DNA from: Mobula hypostoma
Taxonomy: Eukaryota
Direction of reading: 5' to 3'
Assembly: GCF_963921235.1 (NCBI RefSeq)
Contig: NC_086108.1
Location: forward strand, 20,274,001-20,338,000
Length of the DNA stretch: 64,000 bases
Made by a program: the position numbers and the translations under genes. The notes under the pieces were generated by a model. The model searched no databases. It saw only the letters and a list, made by a program, of their open reading frames with translations, and had not been told where the DNA came from. Shown one piece after another: positions 36,503-49,330 of this stretch; position 1 is the first letter of the stretch, and every line of letters begins with the position of its first letter.

Positions 36503-39500
36503 AAGAAATTAAGTTGGTACCTCCATTTGAGGAAACAGAAGTCGATAGGTATTTCTTACATTTTGAAGAAGTGGCCATAAGTGGCAACTGGCCGAGAGAT
36601 CAGTGGGCTCTTCTGTTACAAAGTGTGATTAAGGGGAAGGCCCAACGAGTGTATTCGGCGTTGTCTGTAGCAGACGCAGATGATTATAATGTAGTGAAAG
36701 GTGCTGTACTTAAAGTTTACGAGTTGGTCCCGGAGGCACACAGGCTAAGGTTCTGAAATTTGAGGATTTAGAGTTTGGCCATGAGATGCAGATGTACTTT
36801 GATCGCTGGTATACCTCGAAAGGGGCAAGTGAAGATATTGACAACCGGAAAGAGTTGATATTGATTGAACAATTTAAAGGTTGCGTCCCTGATGGTATAA
36901 GGACATACTTGGATGAGAGAGAGGCAGCGACACTGTCAGAGTCTGCTAGATTAGCAGACGAGTATGCCTTGACTCATAAAGTTAGGTTTTTTCCCACTAG
37001 GAATTACCAAAAAGGTAATAGAGATAATCCACCGGCTAAACCAAGAGTAAACCGGAGACTAGTGACAAAAGTAAGGAGGAAGGAAAGCAGTCGGGGGGAA
37101 AATTTCCCAGTTTCAAGTGTTACTTTTGTGGGAAACCTGATCATGTGGCATCCAATTGTTTTGCTATGAAAAGGGAGAAAGGAAAAGAGAAAGAGAAAAC
37201 CCCAAATGCCTGTGTTCAGATGGTTAAAACACTGCTGAAGAAGGAGGGGTCTGACCGAGTTGAAGAGGGACTTGAGAGGTTTATTTCAAATGGGTTTGTG
37301 TCTGTGAAGGAGGGGTCAACCCCAGTTCCAGTGAGAATCTGGAGAGATACTGGAGCTTTTCAATCACTGATATTAAAGATTGTTTTGGAATTTAGTGCTG
37401 AGTCGGAGACTGGGGAAGTAAATATTATCAAGGTCATTGGACGGGGAACTGAGGCCGTGTCTTTGCACAAGATAATTTTGAAATGCGATTTGGTATCCAG
37501 ACCAGTCACAATCGGGGTACGATCTGAACTACCAATAGACAATGTTAATGTCTTACTCAGCAATGACCTTGCAGGTGGAGATATTTATCCAGCAGTTCGG
37601 CTCAACAGTAAGCCTTCTGCTGCTGAGGACCCGCCCATAGATGCTGATGTGTATCCCACATGCGCAGTGACCCGAAGCATGTCCAGAAAAGCTGCTGATG
37701 CTAATGTTGATTTATCTGAGACTTTCCTACCGTCCCTATACCAACAGGACTTAGAGGGTAGTACAGCTGAGGAGAGCAAGGAGGAAGGGAAAGACTTGTC
37801 CTTATCAAGGAAGGAATTTATAGAGGAACAGAAAAAATTGTGGCTTTAAAAGAGACAGCTCTCTCTGAGGATGAAATTCAGAAAGAGACAGTGGGATATT
37901 ACCTTAAAGCTGGGGTGTTCATGAGGAAGTGGAGACCAGCCACTGTGCCTGCAAGTGAGGATTGGGCTATTGTGCATCAGGTGGTGGTTCCAAAGGTTTA
38001 CAAGGCTGAAATTTTAAACCTGACCCACAAGATGCCTTTAGGGGGACATTTTGGAGTAAAGAAGACAGTGCACAGGATTATGAGGGAATTTTATTGGCCT
38101 AACATGAGGAAAGATATTGTCAATTACTGCAGAGGGTGTCATACGTGCCAGGTGGTGGGAAAACCTAACCAGGCCATCCCAAAGGCTCTACTTCGGCCGA
38201 TACCTGCTTTTGGTGAACCTTTTTCTAGGGTCATAGTGGATTGTGTAGGCCCATTGCCAAAGACTGCAGCTGGTCATTAGTACTTGTTAACAATTATGTA
38301 TGCTGCATCTAGGTTCCCTGAAGCCATGCCTCTCAGAAACATCCAGGCCAAGACTGTGGTAAAGGCACTCAGCAAGTTTTTCGCACTGGTAGGTTTACCT
38401 AAAAAAATTCAATCTGACAAGGGTAGTAACTTTACTTCAAGAACATTCCAGCAAATAGTTTCTGAGCTAGGGACTAAACAAATTGTGTCATCCGCCTACC
38501 GCCTGGAGTCTCAAGGGGCTTTGGAGCGGTTTCATTCCACTTTAAAGACCATGATTAAAACCTACTGTTATGAGAATGACAGGGACTGGGATGAAGGAAT
38601 ACACTTATTACTTTTTGCCATGAGAGACACCATTCAAGAGTCCCTGGGGTTCAGCCCGTTTGAGCTCATTTTCGGCCATAGGCCCAAAGGACCTCTGAGC
38701 TTGCTCAGGGAGCAATGGTCTAACCCAAAAGTGTGTGTCAGCATGTTAGATTATGCTTTAAAATTCCGTGAAAGACTTAACAAGGCTTGTGACCTTGCCA
38801 AGAAGAATCTGCAAAACTCCCAAATTAAAATGAAACATTGGTTTGGTAAGAGAGCGAGGGAGCAGATGTTTGAGGTTGGAAATAAAGTGCTGGTGCTGTT
38901 CCCTCTGTGACCAACCCCCTCCAAGCACAATTCCATGGACCATACCACATAATTAAGAAAATTGATTCTTTGAATTACGTTATCGAAACTCCCGACAGAA
39001 GGAAGGTAACCCAGTTAGTACACGTAAACATGCTGAAGCCGTATCATGATTCTGAGATGGTACCAATAAGTACGGTTATGAAACAAGTGTGGCTGAGGAA
39101 TTTGATAATGAGGGGAAAAATCATTTTACCAAACTGAATATTATATCAACAAGACTTGAGAATTCCACTATTTTGAAAGACCTTACTGATAAGGTTTGTC
39201 ATCTAGAGCCTGCACAGAGCAATTGCAGGAACTAATTAGCAAGCATAAAGATTTATTTCCTGACATTCCAAGATGGTGCACAGGTGCAGTGTGTGACGTC
39301 ATTATAAATTCAACCCAGCCCATAAACCAACATCCTTATAGAATGAACTTTGAGAAAAGCAAAGGGGTTGAAAAAGAAATTAGCTACATGCTAGCAACCG
39401 GTATCATTAGGCAATCTACCTCAGACTGGGCGTCGCCCTGCATCCTTGTCCCAAAGCCGGACGGTAGCATGAGATTCTGTACTGACTACAGCAAAATTAA

Positions 39501-40699
39501 TGCAATAACCAAGACAGATGCTTATCCTATCTCAAGAGTGAATGACTGTATTGATAAAGTGGGAAGGGCTAAGTACCTCACAAAAATTGATCTGTTAAAA
39601 GGATATTGCTGTGTTCCTTTGACCGACAGGGCCAGAGGAACCTCAGTGTTTGTCACACCTTCGGGGTTGTATGAATATAATGTTTTGCCCTTTGGGATGA
39701 AAAATGCTCCAGGGACATTTCAAAGAATGATCAATTCTGTGATTAGAGGTTTAGAAAACACAGGGGCTTATATTGATGATTTAGTGGTCTGGAATGACAC
39801 GTGGGAAGAGCATATTGTAGCAGTAGCAAAACTATTTGACAGACTTTCCAAGGCCAATCTTACTGTGAACCTCGCTAAAAGTGAGTTTGGCCTTGCCACT
39901 GTTACGTACCTTGGCTATGTGGTAGGCCAGGGCCAACTGACTCCTGTAGAGGCCAAGGTTCAAGCTATTGCTGAGATTCCTGTTCCGACCGGCAAGAAAG
40001 CTTTGAGAAGGTTTTTAGGAATGGTTGGGTATTATTCTAAGTTCTGTAAGAACTTTGCTGACATCGTTCTCCCCCTAACAAAACTCCTAGGGAAGAGTGA
40101 AAGATTTGTACGGAATGATCTTTGCCAGGCGGCACTTGAATGTCTGAAAACCATTCTGCATTATCATCCTGTGCTCAAAGCACCTGATTTTTCAAAACTA
40201 TTCTCAATAGCAACAGATGCTAGTGACAAAGCTGCTAGGGCAGTACTGTTACAGAAGGGTATGGATGACATTGAGCGTCCAGTAGCTTATTTCTCAAAGA
40301 AATTTAATGTGCACCAGAAAAACATTATTCAACTGTTGAAAAGGAATTACTAGCACTTACTCTGGCTTTACAACATTTTAAAGTCCATGTTTGTCCTGCC
40401 CAGAGACCACTTGTGGTTTACATGGATCATAATCTGTTGGTGTTTCTAACTAAGATGAGGGATAAGAATAGAAGGTTGTTAAATTGGAGTCTGATATTGC
40501 AAGAATGTGACCTAAAAATCAAACATGTGAAAGGTACTGACAATATTATAGCTGATTGTTTATCCAGATGTTAAGTTGGAAATTGTACACGTTTTGCTCT
40601 GTCATCTGATGATTATATATGTATTGTTTCAAACTCTGAAATTTCCAGTTAAACCAAAAATTTCACCTTCGTCAAATTTTTTTTTCTGAAGGAAGGGGG

Positions 40700-41105
40700 T
40701 GTGACGGGGTCCTGAATTACCCCTATAAACTGTGCTCGATTACCACTATGAACTGTGCTTTTGAAAAGAGAGAGAGAGAGAGTTATTTAACACAAACACC
40801 TTGTTTAAAAGAGAAGGAGAGACGAAGACTGCTCATAGGTTGTTTATACTTTCTCCAATGACATTGCCTGCTTGTACGTTCTTACACAGACAGAGAAGGG
40901 AGGAGTTATTTGAGAGACAGTCGGTACTCAGTACGGTGAGATATATAGTAGGTCAGATGATAGACCAGAGACACATGATTTTGGACACTGAATGAACTTC
41001 GTTGTGCCCACAGAAAAAGTGGGTTTTGGAGGATTGATCAGGCGGATCGATCAGTGGCTCTTGCAGTGTGAACAGGGCGTGACCGGTGGGGAGTTATTCA
41101 TGTGT
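40700..41105 (+). repeat. Truncated 3' LTR of Gypsy 2
   Basis: Follows the PPT GAAGGAAGGGGG. Matches the 5' LTR until an abrupt junction with CR1 sequence. Confidence 0.88.
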
Positions 41106-43010
41106 AGAAGTCAGGATCAACAAAGTACGTGAGGAGTATAAAGAAGTCAGAAAAGAACAGAAGGGAATTAGGAAAGCCAGGAGTGGCCATGAAAAGTCCA
41201 TGGCAAGTAGGATTAAGGTGAATCCCAAGGCATTCTGTACATACATTAAGAGCAAGAGGATAACTAGGGAGAGGGCAAGGCCACTCAAGGATAAAGGAGG
41301 GAACATTTGCTTGGATGCAGAGAATGTGAATGAGGTACTTAGTGAGTACTTTGCTTCAGTATTTACCAAGGAAAGGGATGTGGAGGATCAGGAGATCAGT
41401 GCCAAGTGTATAAATGGATGGATAAGTCCCCGGGGCCTGATAGGATTTGCCCTAGGTTACTGAAGGAGGTAAGAGATGAGATTTCTGGGGCCTTGACCAG
41501 TACCTTCATGTCCTCTCTAGGCACAGCCGAGGTCCCAGGGGACTGACAAGTGGCTAACGTTGTACCTTTATTTAAGAAGGGAACAAGGTAAAATCATGGG
41601 AACTATAGACCAGTGAGTTTCACGTCAATTACAGGGAAATTGCTGAAGAAAATTCTTAGGGATAGGATATATGAGCATTTGGAATGCTCAAGCATTGTAG
41701 AATGCCTTGGAATTCACCTAATTAGGGAGAGCCAGCAAGGCTTTGTGTGGGTCAGGTCGTGCCTTACTAACTTAATTGAGTTTTTTTGACAAGGTGATAG
41801 GAAAGATTGAAGAGCGTAGGGCAGTGGATGTTTCTACATGGATTTTAGTAAGGCATTTGACAAAGTCCCTCATGGGAGGCTAATCCAGAAGATTAAGATT
41901 CATGGGGTTCATGGCAAATTGGCTATTTGGATTCAGAACTGGCTTGCTCATAGAAGGCAGAAGGTAATGATTGAAGGGACTTATTCAAGCTGGAGATCTG
42001 TAATTAGTGTTCTGCTGCGACCTGTGCTGGAACTTTTGCTGTTTGTGATGTATATAAATGACCTGGATGAAAATGTAGATGGGTGGTTTAGTAAATTTGT
42101 GGATGATACCAAGATTGGTTGAGTTGTGCACAGTGTAGAAGACTAGCAAAGAATATTGCACAATATAGATCAGTTCAGATAAGGGCAGAGAAATGGCAGA
42201 TGGAGTTTAACCCAGATAAATGTGAGGTGTTGCACCTTGGGAGGACAAATGCAAGGAGACAGTACACTTTTAAGGGCAAGATATTTAACAATGTTGCTGA
42301 ACTATGAGATCTTGGGATCCAAGTTTGTAGCTCCTTAAAAGTGGCTACACAGGTCAATAAGGTGGTTAAGAAGGCTTTTTATTAGTGGAGCCATTGAGTT
42401 CAAAAGTCAAGAAAGTTATATTGCAACTTTATAGAACTCTAGTTAGGCTACACCTGGAGTATTGCATACAGTTCCGGTTGCCCCACTATAGGAAGGATGT
42501 TGAGACTTTGGAGAGGGCGTAGAAGAGGCTTACCAGGATGCTGCCTAGTTTAGTGGGCGTGTGCTGTCATGAGAGGCTGGATAAACTTGGGTTGTTTTCT
42601 CTGGAGTGGCAGGGGCTTAGGGGAGATTTGATCAAGGTTTATAAGTTTATGAGAGGCATAAATAGAACAGAGAGGATCTGTTTCCCAGGGGTTTGAAATG
42701 TGTAATATACTAAAGGGCAGGTATTAAAGGCAAGAAGGGGTAGGTTCAAGGGGGAATGTGAGGGGTAAGTTTTTTACTCAGAGAATGATGATGCTTGGAA
42801 TGTGTTGCCAGGTATGGTGGTAGAGACAAATATATTAGAGGCTTTTAAGGGATGTTTATATAGGCCCTTGAATGTGATGAAGATAAAAGGATATGGACAT
42901 TGTGCAGTTAGGAGGGATTAGTGTTTGTTTTTTAAAATTTGCTTTTTAGCTGGTTTGGCAGAACATTGTGGGGTGAAGAGCCTTTTCCTGTGCTGCACTG
43001 TTCTATGTTT
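41106..43010 (+). mobile_element. CR1 LINE ORF2 and 3' end, degraded
   Basis: [50 protein letters not shown] tail. Confidence 0.88.
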
Positions 43011-43358
43011 ACCTGTCACAGATACTAGGCGTATTTGTCTATAGTTACCAGATTTTCTTTGCAGCCCTTCTAAAGTAAAGGCACAGCATTAGCCTCTCTC
43101 CTGGGTTCATGCATGTCACTCATTGCTAACTATGATGCATATATTCAGCTAGACTCCAGCAATTTCTTCTCTATTGCCCCACCTTCTTGGATAGAATGAT
43201 CTGACACCAGAGATTTTTTTTACCTTCATATGTTTTATTACTTAGAACACCTCCTCTACTGTAGCATGGACTATCCGATCGCCATCAGCTACCAGGTTTC
43301 TGGGATGTTACAGTATGTCCTTCTCCATGATTTAGAAAAAGAGAAATATTCAGTGAGT

Positions 43359-44296
43359 TTAAACACCTCCAACGGGATCCCACCACTAAGCACATCTTTC
43401 CCTCCCCCCCTCTCTCTGCATTCCGCAGGGATCGCTCCCTACACAACTCCCTTGTCCATTCGTCCCCCCCATCCCTCCCCACTGATCTCCCTCCTGGCAC
43501 TTATCCGTGTAAGCGGAACAAGTGCTACACATGCCCTTACACTTCCTCCCTTACCACCATTCAGGGCCCCAAACAGTCCTTCCAGGTGAGGCATCACTTC
43601 ACCTGTGAGTCGACTGGGGTGATATACTGCGTCCGGTGCTCCCGATGTGGCCTTTTATATATTGGTGAGACCCGACGCAGACTGGGAGACCGCTTTGCTG
43701 AACATCTACGCTCTGTCCGCCAGAGAAAGCAGGATCTCCCAGTGGCCACACATTTTAATTCCACATCCCATTCCCATTCTGACATGTCTATCCACGGCCT
43801 CCTCTACTGTAAAGATGAAGCCACACTCAGGTTGGAGGAACAACACCTTATATTCCGTCTGGGTAGCCTCCAACCTGATGGCATGAACATTGACTTCTCT
43901 AACTCCCGCTCGGCCCCACCTCCCCCTCGTACCCCATCTGTTACTCATTTTTATGTACACATTCTTTCTCTCACTCTCCTTTTTCTCCCTCTGTCCCTCT
44001 GAATATACCTCTTGCCCATCCTCTGGGTCACCCCCCCCCGTCTTTCTCCCTAGGCCTCCTGTCCCATGATCCTCTCGTATCCCCTTTTGCCTATCACCTG
44101 TCCAGCTCTCGGCTCTATCCCTCCCCCTCCTGTCTTCTCCTATCATTTTGCATCTCCCCCTCCCCCTCCAGCTTTCAAATCCCTTACTCACTCTTCCTTC
44201 AGTTAGTCCTGACGAAGGGTCTCGGCCTGAAACGTCGACTGCGCCTCTTCCTATAGATGCTGCTTGGCCTGCTGCGTTCACCAGCAACTTTGATGT
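43359..44296 (+). mobile_element. Penelope-like element, 5'-truncated (GIY-YIG endonuclease plus pLTR)
   Basis: ORF 43586-44002 VIYCVRCSRCGLLYIGET.RRL..RF.EH...VA.HFN...E..LI..L.SL.P.GMN. 13-bp TSD ATATTCAGTGAGT at 43346-43358 and 44297-44309. Confidence 0.92.
44205..44240 (+). ncRNA. Minimal type I hammerhead ribozyme motif in the Penelope pLTR
   Basis: AGTC-CTGACGA-AGGGTCTCGGCCT-GAAACGTC-GACT. Stem I AGTC/GACT, conserved CUGANGA and GAAA cores, GUC cleavage triplet, palindromic ACGT in place of stem III. Confidence 0.75.
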
Positions 44297-44324
44297 ATAT
44301 TCAGTGAGTGCCTGACTCATTTCA

Positions 44325-47228
44325 TAGAAACATAGAAACATAGAAAATAGGTGCAGGAGTAGACCATTCGGCCCTTCGAGCCTGCACCACCATTTATTAT
44401 GATCATGGCTGATCATCCAACTCAGAACCCCGCCCCAGCCTTCCCTCCATACCCCCTGATCCCCATAGCCACAAGGGCCATATCTAACTCCCTCTTAAAT
44501 ATAGCCAATGAACTGGCCTCAACTGTTTCCTGTGGCAGAGAATTCCACAGATTCACCACTCTCTGTGTGAAGAAGTTTTTCCTAATCTCGGTCCTAAAAG
44601 GCTTCCCCTTTATCCTCAAACTGTGACCCCTTGTTCTGGACTTCCCCAACATCGGAAACAACCTTCCTGCAGATGCCTAGCCTGTCCAATCCCTTTAGGA
44701 TTTTATACGTTTCAATCAGATCCCCCCTCAATCTTCTAAATTCCAACGAGTACAAGCCCAGTTCATCCAGTCTTTCTTCATATGAAAGTCCTGCCATCCC
44801 AGGAATCAATCTGGTTAACCTTCTTGTACTCCCTCAATGGCAAGGATGTCTTTCCTCAGATTAGGGGACCAAAACTGCACACAATACTCCAGGTGTGGTC
44901 TCACCAAGGCCTTGTACAACTGCAGTAGTACCTCCATGCTCCTGTACTCGAATCCTCTCGCTATAAATGCCAGCATACCATTCGCCTTTTTTACCGCCTG
45001 CTGTACCTGCATGCCCACTTTCAATGATTGGTGTATAATGACACCCAGGTCTCATTGCACCTCCCCTTTTCCTAATCAGCCACCATTCAGATAATAATCT
45101 GTTTTCCTATTTTTGCCACCAAAGTGGATAACTTCACATTTATCCACATTAAATTGCATCTGCCATGAATTTGCCCACTCACCCAACCTATCCAAGTCAC
45201 TCTGCATCTCTTAGCATCCTCCTCACAGCTAACACTGCCACCCAGTTTCGTGTCATCCGCAAACTTGGAGATGCTGCATTTAATTCCCTCATCCAAGTCA
45301 TTAATATATATTGTAAACAACTGGGGTCCCAGCACTGAGCCTTGCGGTACCCCACTAGTCACCGCCTGCCATTCTGAAAAGGTCCTGTTTATTCCCACTC
45401 TTTGCTTCCTGTCTGCTAACCAATTCTCCATCCACATCAATACCTTACCCCCAATACCGTGTGCTTTAAGTTTGCACACTATTCTCCTGTGTGGGACCTT
45501 GTCAAAAGCCTTTTGAAAATCCAAATATACAACATCCACTGGTTCTCCCCTATCCACTCTACTAGTTACATCCTCAAAAAATTCTATGAGATTCGTCAGA
45601 CATGATTTTCCTTTCACAAATCCATGCTGACTTTGTCCGATGATTTCACCGCTTTCCAAATGTGCTGTTATCACATCTTTGATAACTGACTCCAGCAGTT
45701 TCCCCACCACTGACGTTAGGCTAACTGGTCTATAATTCCCCGGTTTCTCTCTCCCTCCTTTTTTAAAAAGTGGGGTTACATTAGCCACCCTCCAATCCTC
45801 AGGAACTAGTCCAGAATCTAAAGAGTTTTGAAAAATTATCACTAATGCATCCACTATTTCTTGGGCTACTTCCTTAAGCACTCTAGGATGCAGACCATCT
45901 GGCCCTGGGGATTTATCTGCCTTCAATCCCTTCAATTTACCTAACATCACTTCCCTACTAACATGTATTTCGCTCAGTTCCTCCATCTCACTGGACCCTC
46001 TGTCCCCTACTATTTCTGGAAGATTATTTATGTCCTCCTTAGTGAAGACAGAACCAAAGTAATTATTCAATTGGTCCGCCATGTCCTTGCTCCCCATAAT
46101 CAATTCACCTGTTTCTGTCTGTAGGGGACCTACATTTGTCTTTACCAGTCTTTTCCTTTTTACATATCTATAAAAGCTTTTACAGTCAGTTTTTATGTTC
46201 CATGCCAGTTTTCTCTCATAATCTTTTTTCCCCTTCCTAATTAAGCCCTTTGTACTCCTCTGCTGAACTCTGAATTTCTCCCAGTCCTCAGGTGAGCCAC
46301 TTTCTCTGGCTAATTTGTATGCTTCTTCTTTGGAATTGTTACTATCTCTAATTTCCCTTGTCAGCCACGGGTGCACTACCTTCCTTGATTTATTCTTTTG
46401 CCAAACTGGGATGAACAATTGTTGTAGTTCATCCATGCAACCTTTAAATGCTTGCCATTGCATATCCACCGTCAATCCTTTAAGTGTCATTTGCCAGTCT
46501 ATCTTAGCTAATTCACGTCTCATACCTTCAAAGTTACCCCTCTTTAAGTTCAGAACCTTTGTTTCTGAATTAACTATGTCACTCTCCATCTTAATGAAGA
46601 ATTCCACCATATTATGGTCACTCTTACCCAAGGGGCCTCTCACGACAAGATTGCTAATTAACCCTTCCTCATTGCTCAAAACCCAGTCCAGAATAGCCTG
46701 CTCTCTAGTTGGTTCCTCGACATGTTGGTTCAAAAAACCATCCCTCATACATTCCAAGAAATCCTCTTCCTCAGCACCTTTACCAATTTGGTTCACCCAA
46801 TCTACATGTAGATTGAAGTCACCCATTATAACTGCTGTTCCTTTATTGCACACATTTCTAATTTCCTGTTTAATACCATCTCCGACCTCACTACTACAGT
46901 TAGGTGGCCTGTACACAACTCCCACCAGCGTCCTCTGCCCCTTAGTGTTACGCAGCTCTACCCATATCGATTCCACATCTTCCCGGCTTATGTCCTTCCT
47001 TTCTATTGCGTTAATCTCTTCTTTAACCAGCAACGCCACCCCACCTCCCCTTCCTTCATGTCTATCCCTCCTGAATATTGAATATCCCTGAACGTTGAGC
47101 TCCCATCCTTGGTCACCCTGGAGCCATGTCTCTGTGATCCCAACTATATCATAATCATTAATAACAATCTGCACTTTCAATTCATCCACCTTATTACGAA
47201 TGCTCCTTGCATTGACACACAAAGCCTT
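44325..47228 (-). mobile_element. CR1 LINE (family B), nearly complete ORF2
   Basis: 723-aa open frame 45087-47258 covering endonuclease and RT, with frameshifted C-terminus (44422-45024). (TTTCTATG)n tail at 44325-44348. Confidence 0.95.
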
Positions 47229-47502
47229 TTCCTGTGACTCTACATGATAGATCTCCACTTTGGTCTTTGGAAGACCCTATTCTTTCCCTAATTCTCTTAA
47301 AACACATAAAATCTCTTTGCAGTCTATGTAACGTTCTCTGTCAAAGCCACTTCATGCCCTTTCTTGCCCTCTTGATATCCTTCATAACTAAAATCCTGCA
47401 TCCTTGTATTCCTCCAGCAATTAATCTTTTCCCAGCTGCCTCTGCCTGATCTATGTCTCCTTTTTTCTGACCAGAGCCTCATATCCCTTGTCAGAATAAT
47501 GA

Positions 47503-48812
47503 CATAAGAACATAAGAAATAGGAACAGGAGTAGGCCATCCGGCCCATCGAGCCTGCCCCGCCATTCAATTAGATCATGGCTGATCTGCCTGTAAACTCT
47601 GCTCCATCTACCTGCTTTTTCCCCATAACCCGTAATTCCCCTACTGTGTAAAAATTTATCTAACTGTATCTTAAATATATTTAGTGAAGAAACCTCAGCT
47701 GCTTCCCTGGGCAAAGAATTCTACAGATTCACTACTCTCTGGGAAAAACAGTTTCTCCTCATCTCCGTCCTAAATCTTCTCTCCTGAATCTTGAGGCAAT
47801 GTCCCCTAGTTCTAGTCTCTCCTACCAATGGAAACAACTTTCCTACTTCTATCTTACCTATCCCTTACAAATTTTTCTCTGTTTCTACAAGATCCCCTCT
47901 TATTCTTCTGAACTCCAGAGAGTATAGTCCCAGGCGACTCAATCGCTCCTCTTAAGTTAACCCCTTCATCTCTGGAATCAACCTGCTGAGCCTCCACTGC
48001 ACTGTCCCCAAAGCCAGTATATCCTTCCTCAAGTATGGAGACTAGAACTGCACACAGTACTCCAGGTGCGGTCTCACCAGTACCCTGTATAGTTGCAGCA
48101 TGACCTCCCTGCTCTTGAATACAATCCCTTTAGCAATGAAGGCCAACATTCCGTTTGCCTTCTTAATAACCTGTTGCACCTGCAAGCCAATTTTTTGTGA
48201 TTCATGAATAAGCACTCCGAAGTCCCTCTACACAACAGCATGCTGCAATCTTTCACCATTTAAATAATAATCTGCTTGTCTATTATTCCTTCCAAAGTTG
48301 ATGATCTCGCATTTACCAACGTTGTATTCCATCTGCCAGACCTTGGCCCACACACTTAACCTCTCTATATCCCTCTGCAGACTCTCCACATCCTCTGTAC
48401 AATTTGCTTTTCCACTCAGTTTAGTGTCATCAGCAAATTTTGCTATGCTACACTCAGTCCCCTGTTCCAAATCATCAATGTAAATGGTAAACAGCACCGA
48501 CCCCTGCGGCACCCCACTCACCACTGACTGCTAACTGGAGAAACACCCATTTATACCAACTCTCTGCCTTCCATTGGTTAACCAATCCACTATCCATGCC
48601 AAAACACTTCCCCTGACTCCATGCATCCGTATCTTCTTGTGCAGCACCTTACCGAACGCTGTCTGGAAATCCAAGTATACAACATCCACCTGTTCCCCTC
48701 TATCCACTGCACTTATTATGTCCTCAAAGTGCTTCAGTAAGTTCGTCAAACAGGACCTGCCCTTTCTGAATCCATGCTGCGTCTGTCTAATGGAACCACT
48801 CCTTTCTAAATG
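47503..48812 (-). mobile_element. CR1 LINE (family D), 5'-truncated
   Basis: ORFs 48531-48749 and 48228-48524 (KFADDTK). (TTCTTATG)n tail. Confidence 0.88.
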
Positions 48813-48919
48813 ACCTTTTACCTTAATCTAATACAGAGGCATATTCAGGCGATTAAAATTGACAGCTTTTGTTCAGACACTTTACTATTCATCATTCCAC
48901 TCGCTGAACATGCGATAGG

Positions 48920-49215
48920 ATTATACAGTAATATAGCACAGAGGCTTTGGCCCACTGAGTTCATGTCTGCCATCACGTATCCACTTACACTAATCCTATT
49001 TCATTCTCCTCACATTCTACCAATTCTAAATGCCCGGACAATTACATTAGCCAATCAGCTTGGACATCTTTGGAATGCATGAGAAAATTAGAGCACCCAG
49101 GAAGCCCATGTGTGGTTACCGGGAGAATAAGCAAACTCCACACAGACAACAACAGAGTTCAGGATTGAACTCCAATCACTAGAACTATGCAACAGCAGCC
49201 CTGCTAGCTGTGCCC
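48920..49215 (-). mobile_element. V-SINE (HE1-like), degraded
   Basis: Reverse complement has GTTCAATCC and the V-core GTGTGGAGTTTGCTTATTCTCCCGGTAACCACACATGGGCTTCCTGGGTGCTC. Confidence 0.6.
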
Positions 49216-49330
49216 AGGTTCTGCCTTTATCTACATGTACGTGCATCATGGGCATAAAAATAAACTGCAGTGCACTCAATTTAATTAAAAATTCTTGAGG
49301 GGAAAATATGAGCAAACCTATAAACATATA

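Larger units (their letters stand above)
30755..41105 (+). mobile_element. Gypsy LTR retrotransposon 2, Gmr1-like (gag-PR-IN-RT-RH), decayed; 3' LTR truncated
   Basis: 5' LTR 30755-33104. PBS-Pro at 33109. Gag from 33212. Protease WRDTGA (about 37340). Integrase 37840-39050 (GHFG, CRGCHTCQ, DCVGPL, IQSDKG). RT/RH 39196-40574 (YIDDL, ATDAS, ADCLSRC*). PPT 40688-40699. 3' LTR 40700-41105. Confidence 0.94.
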
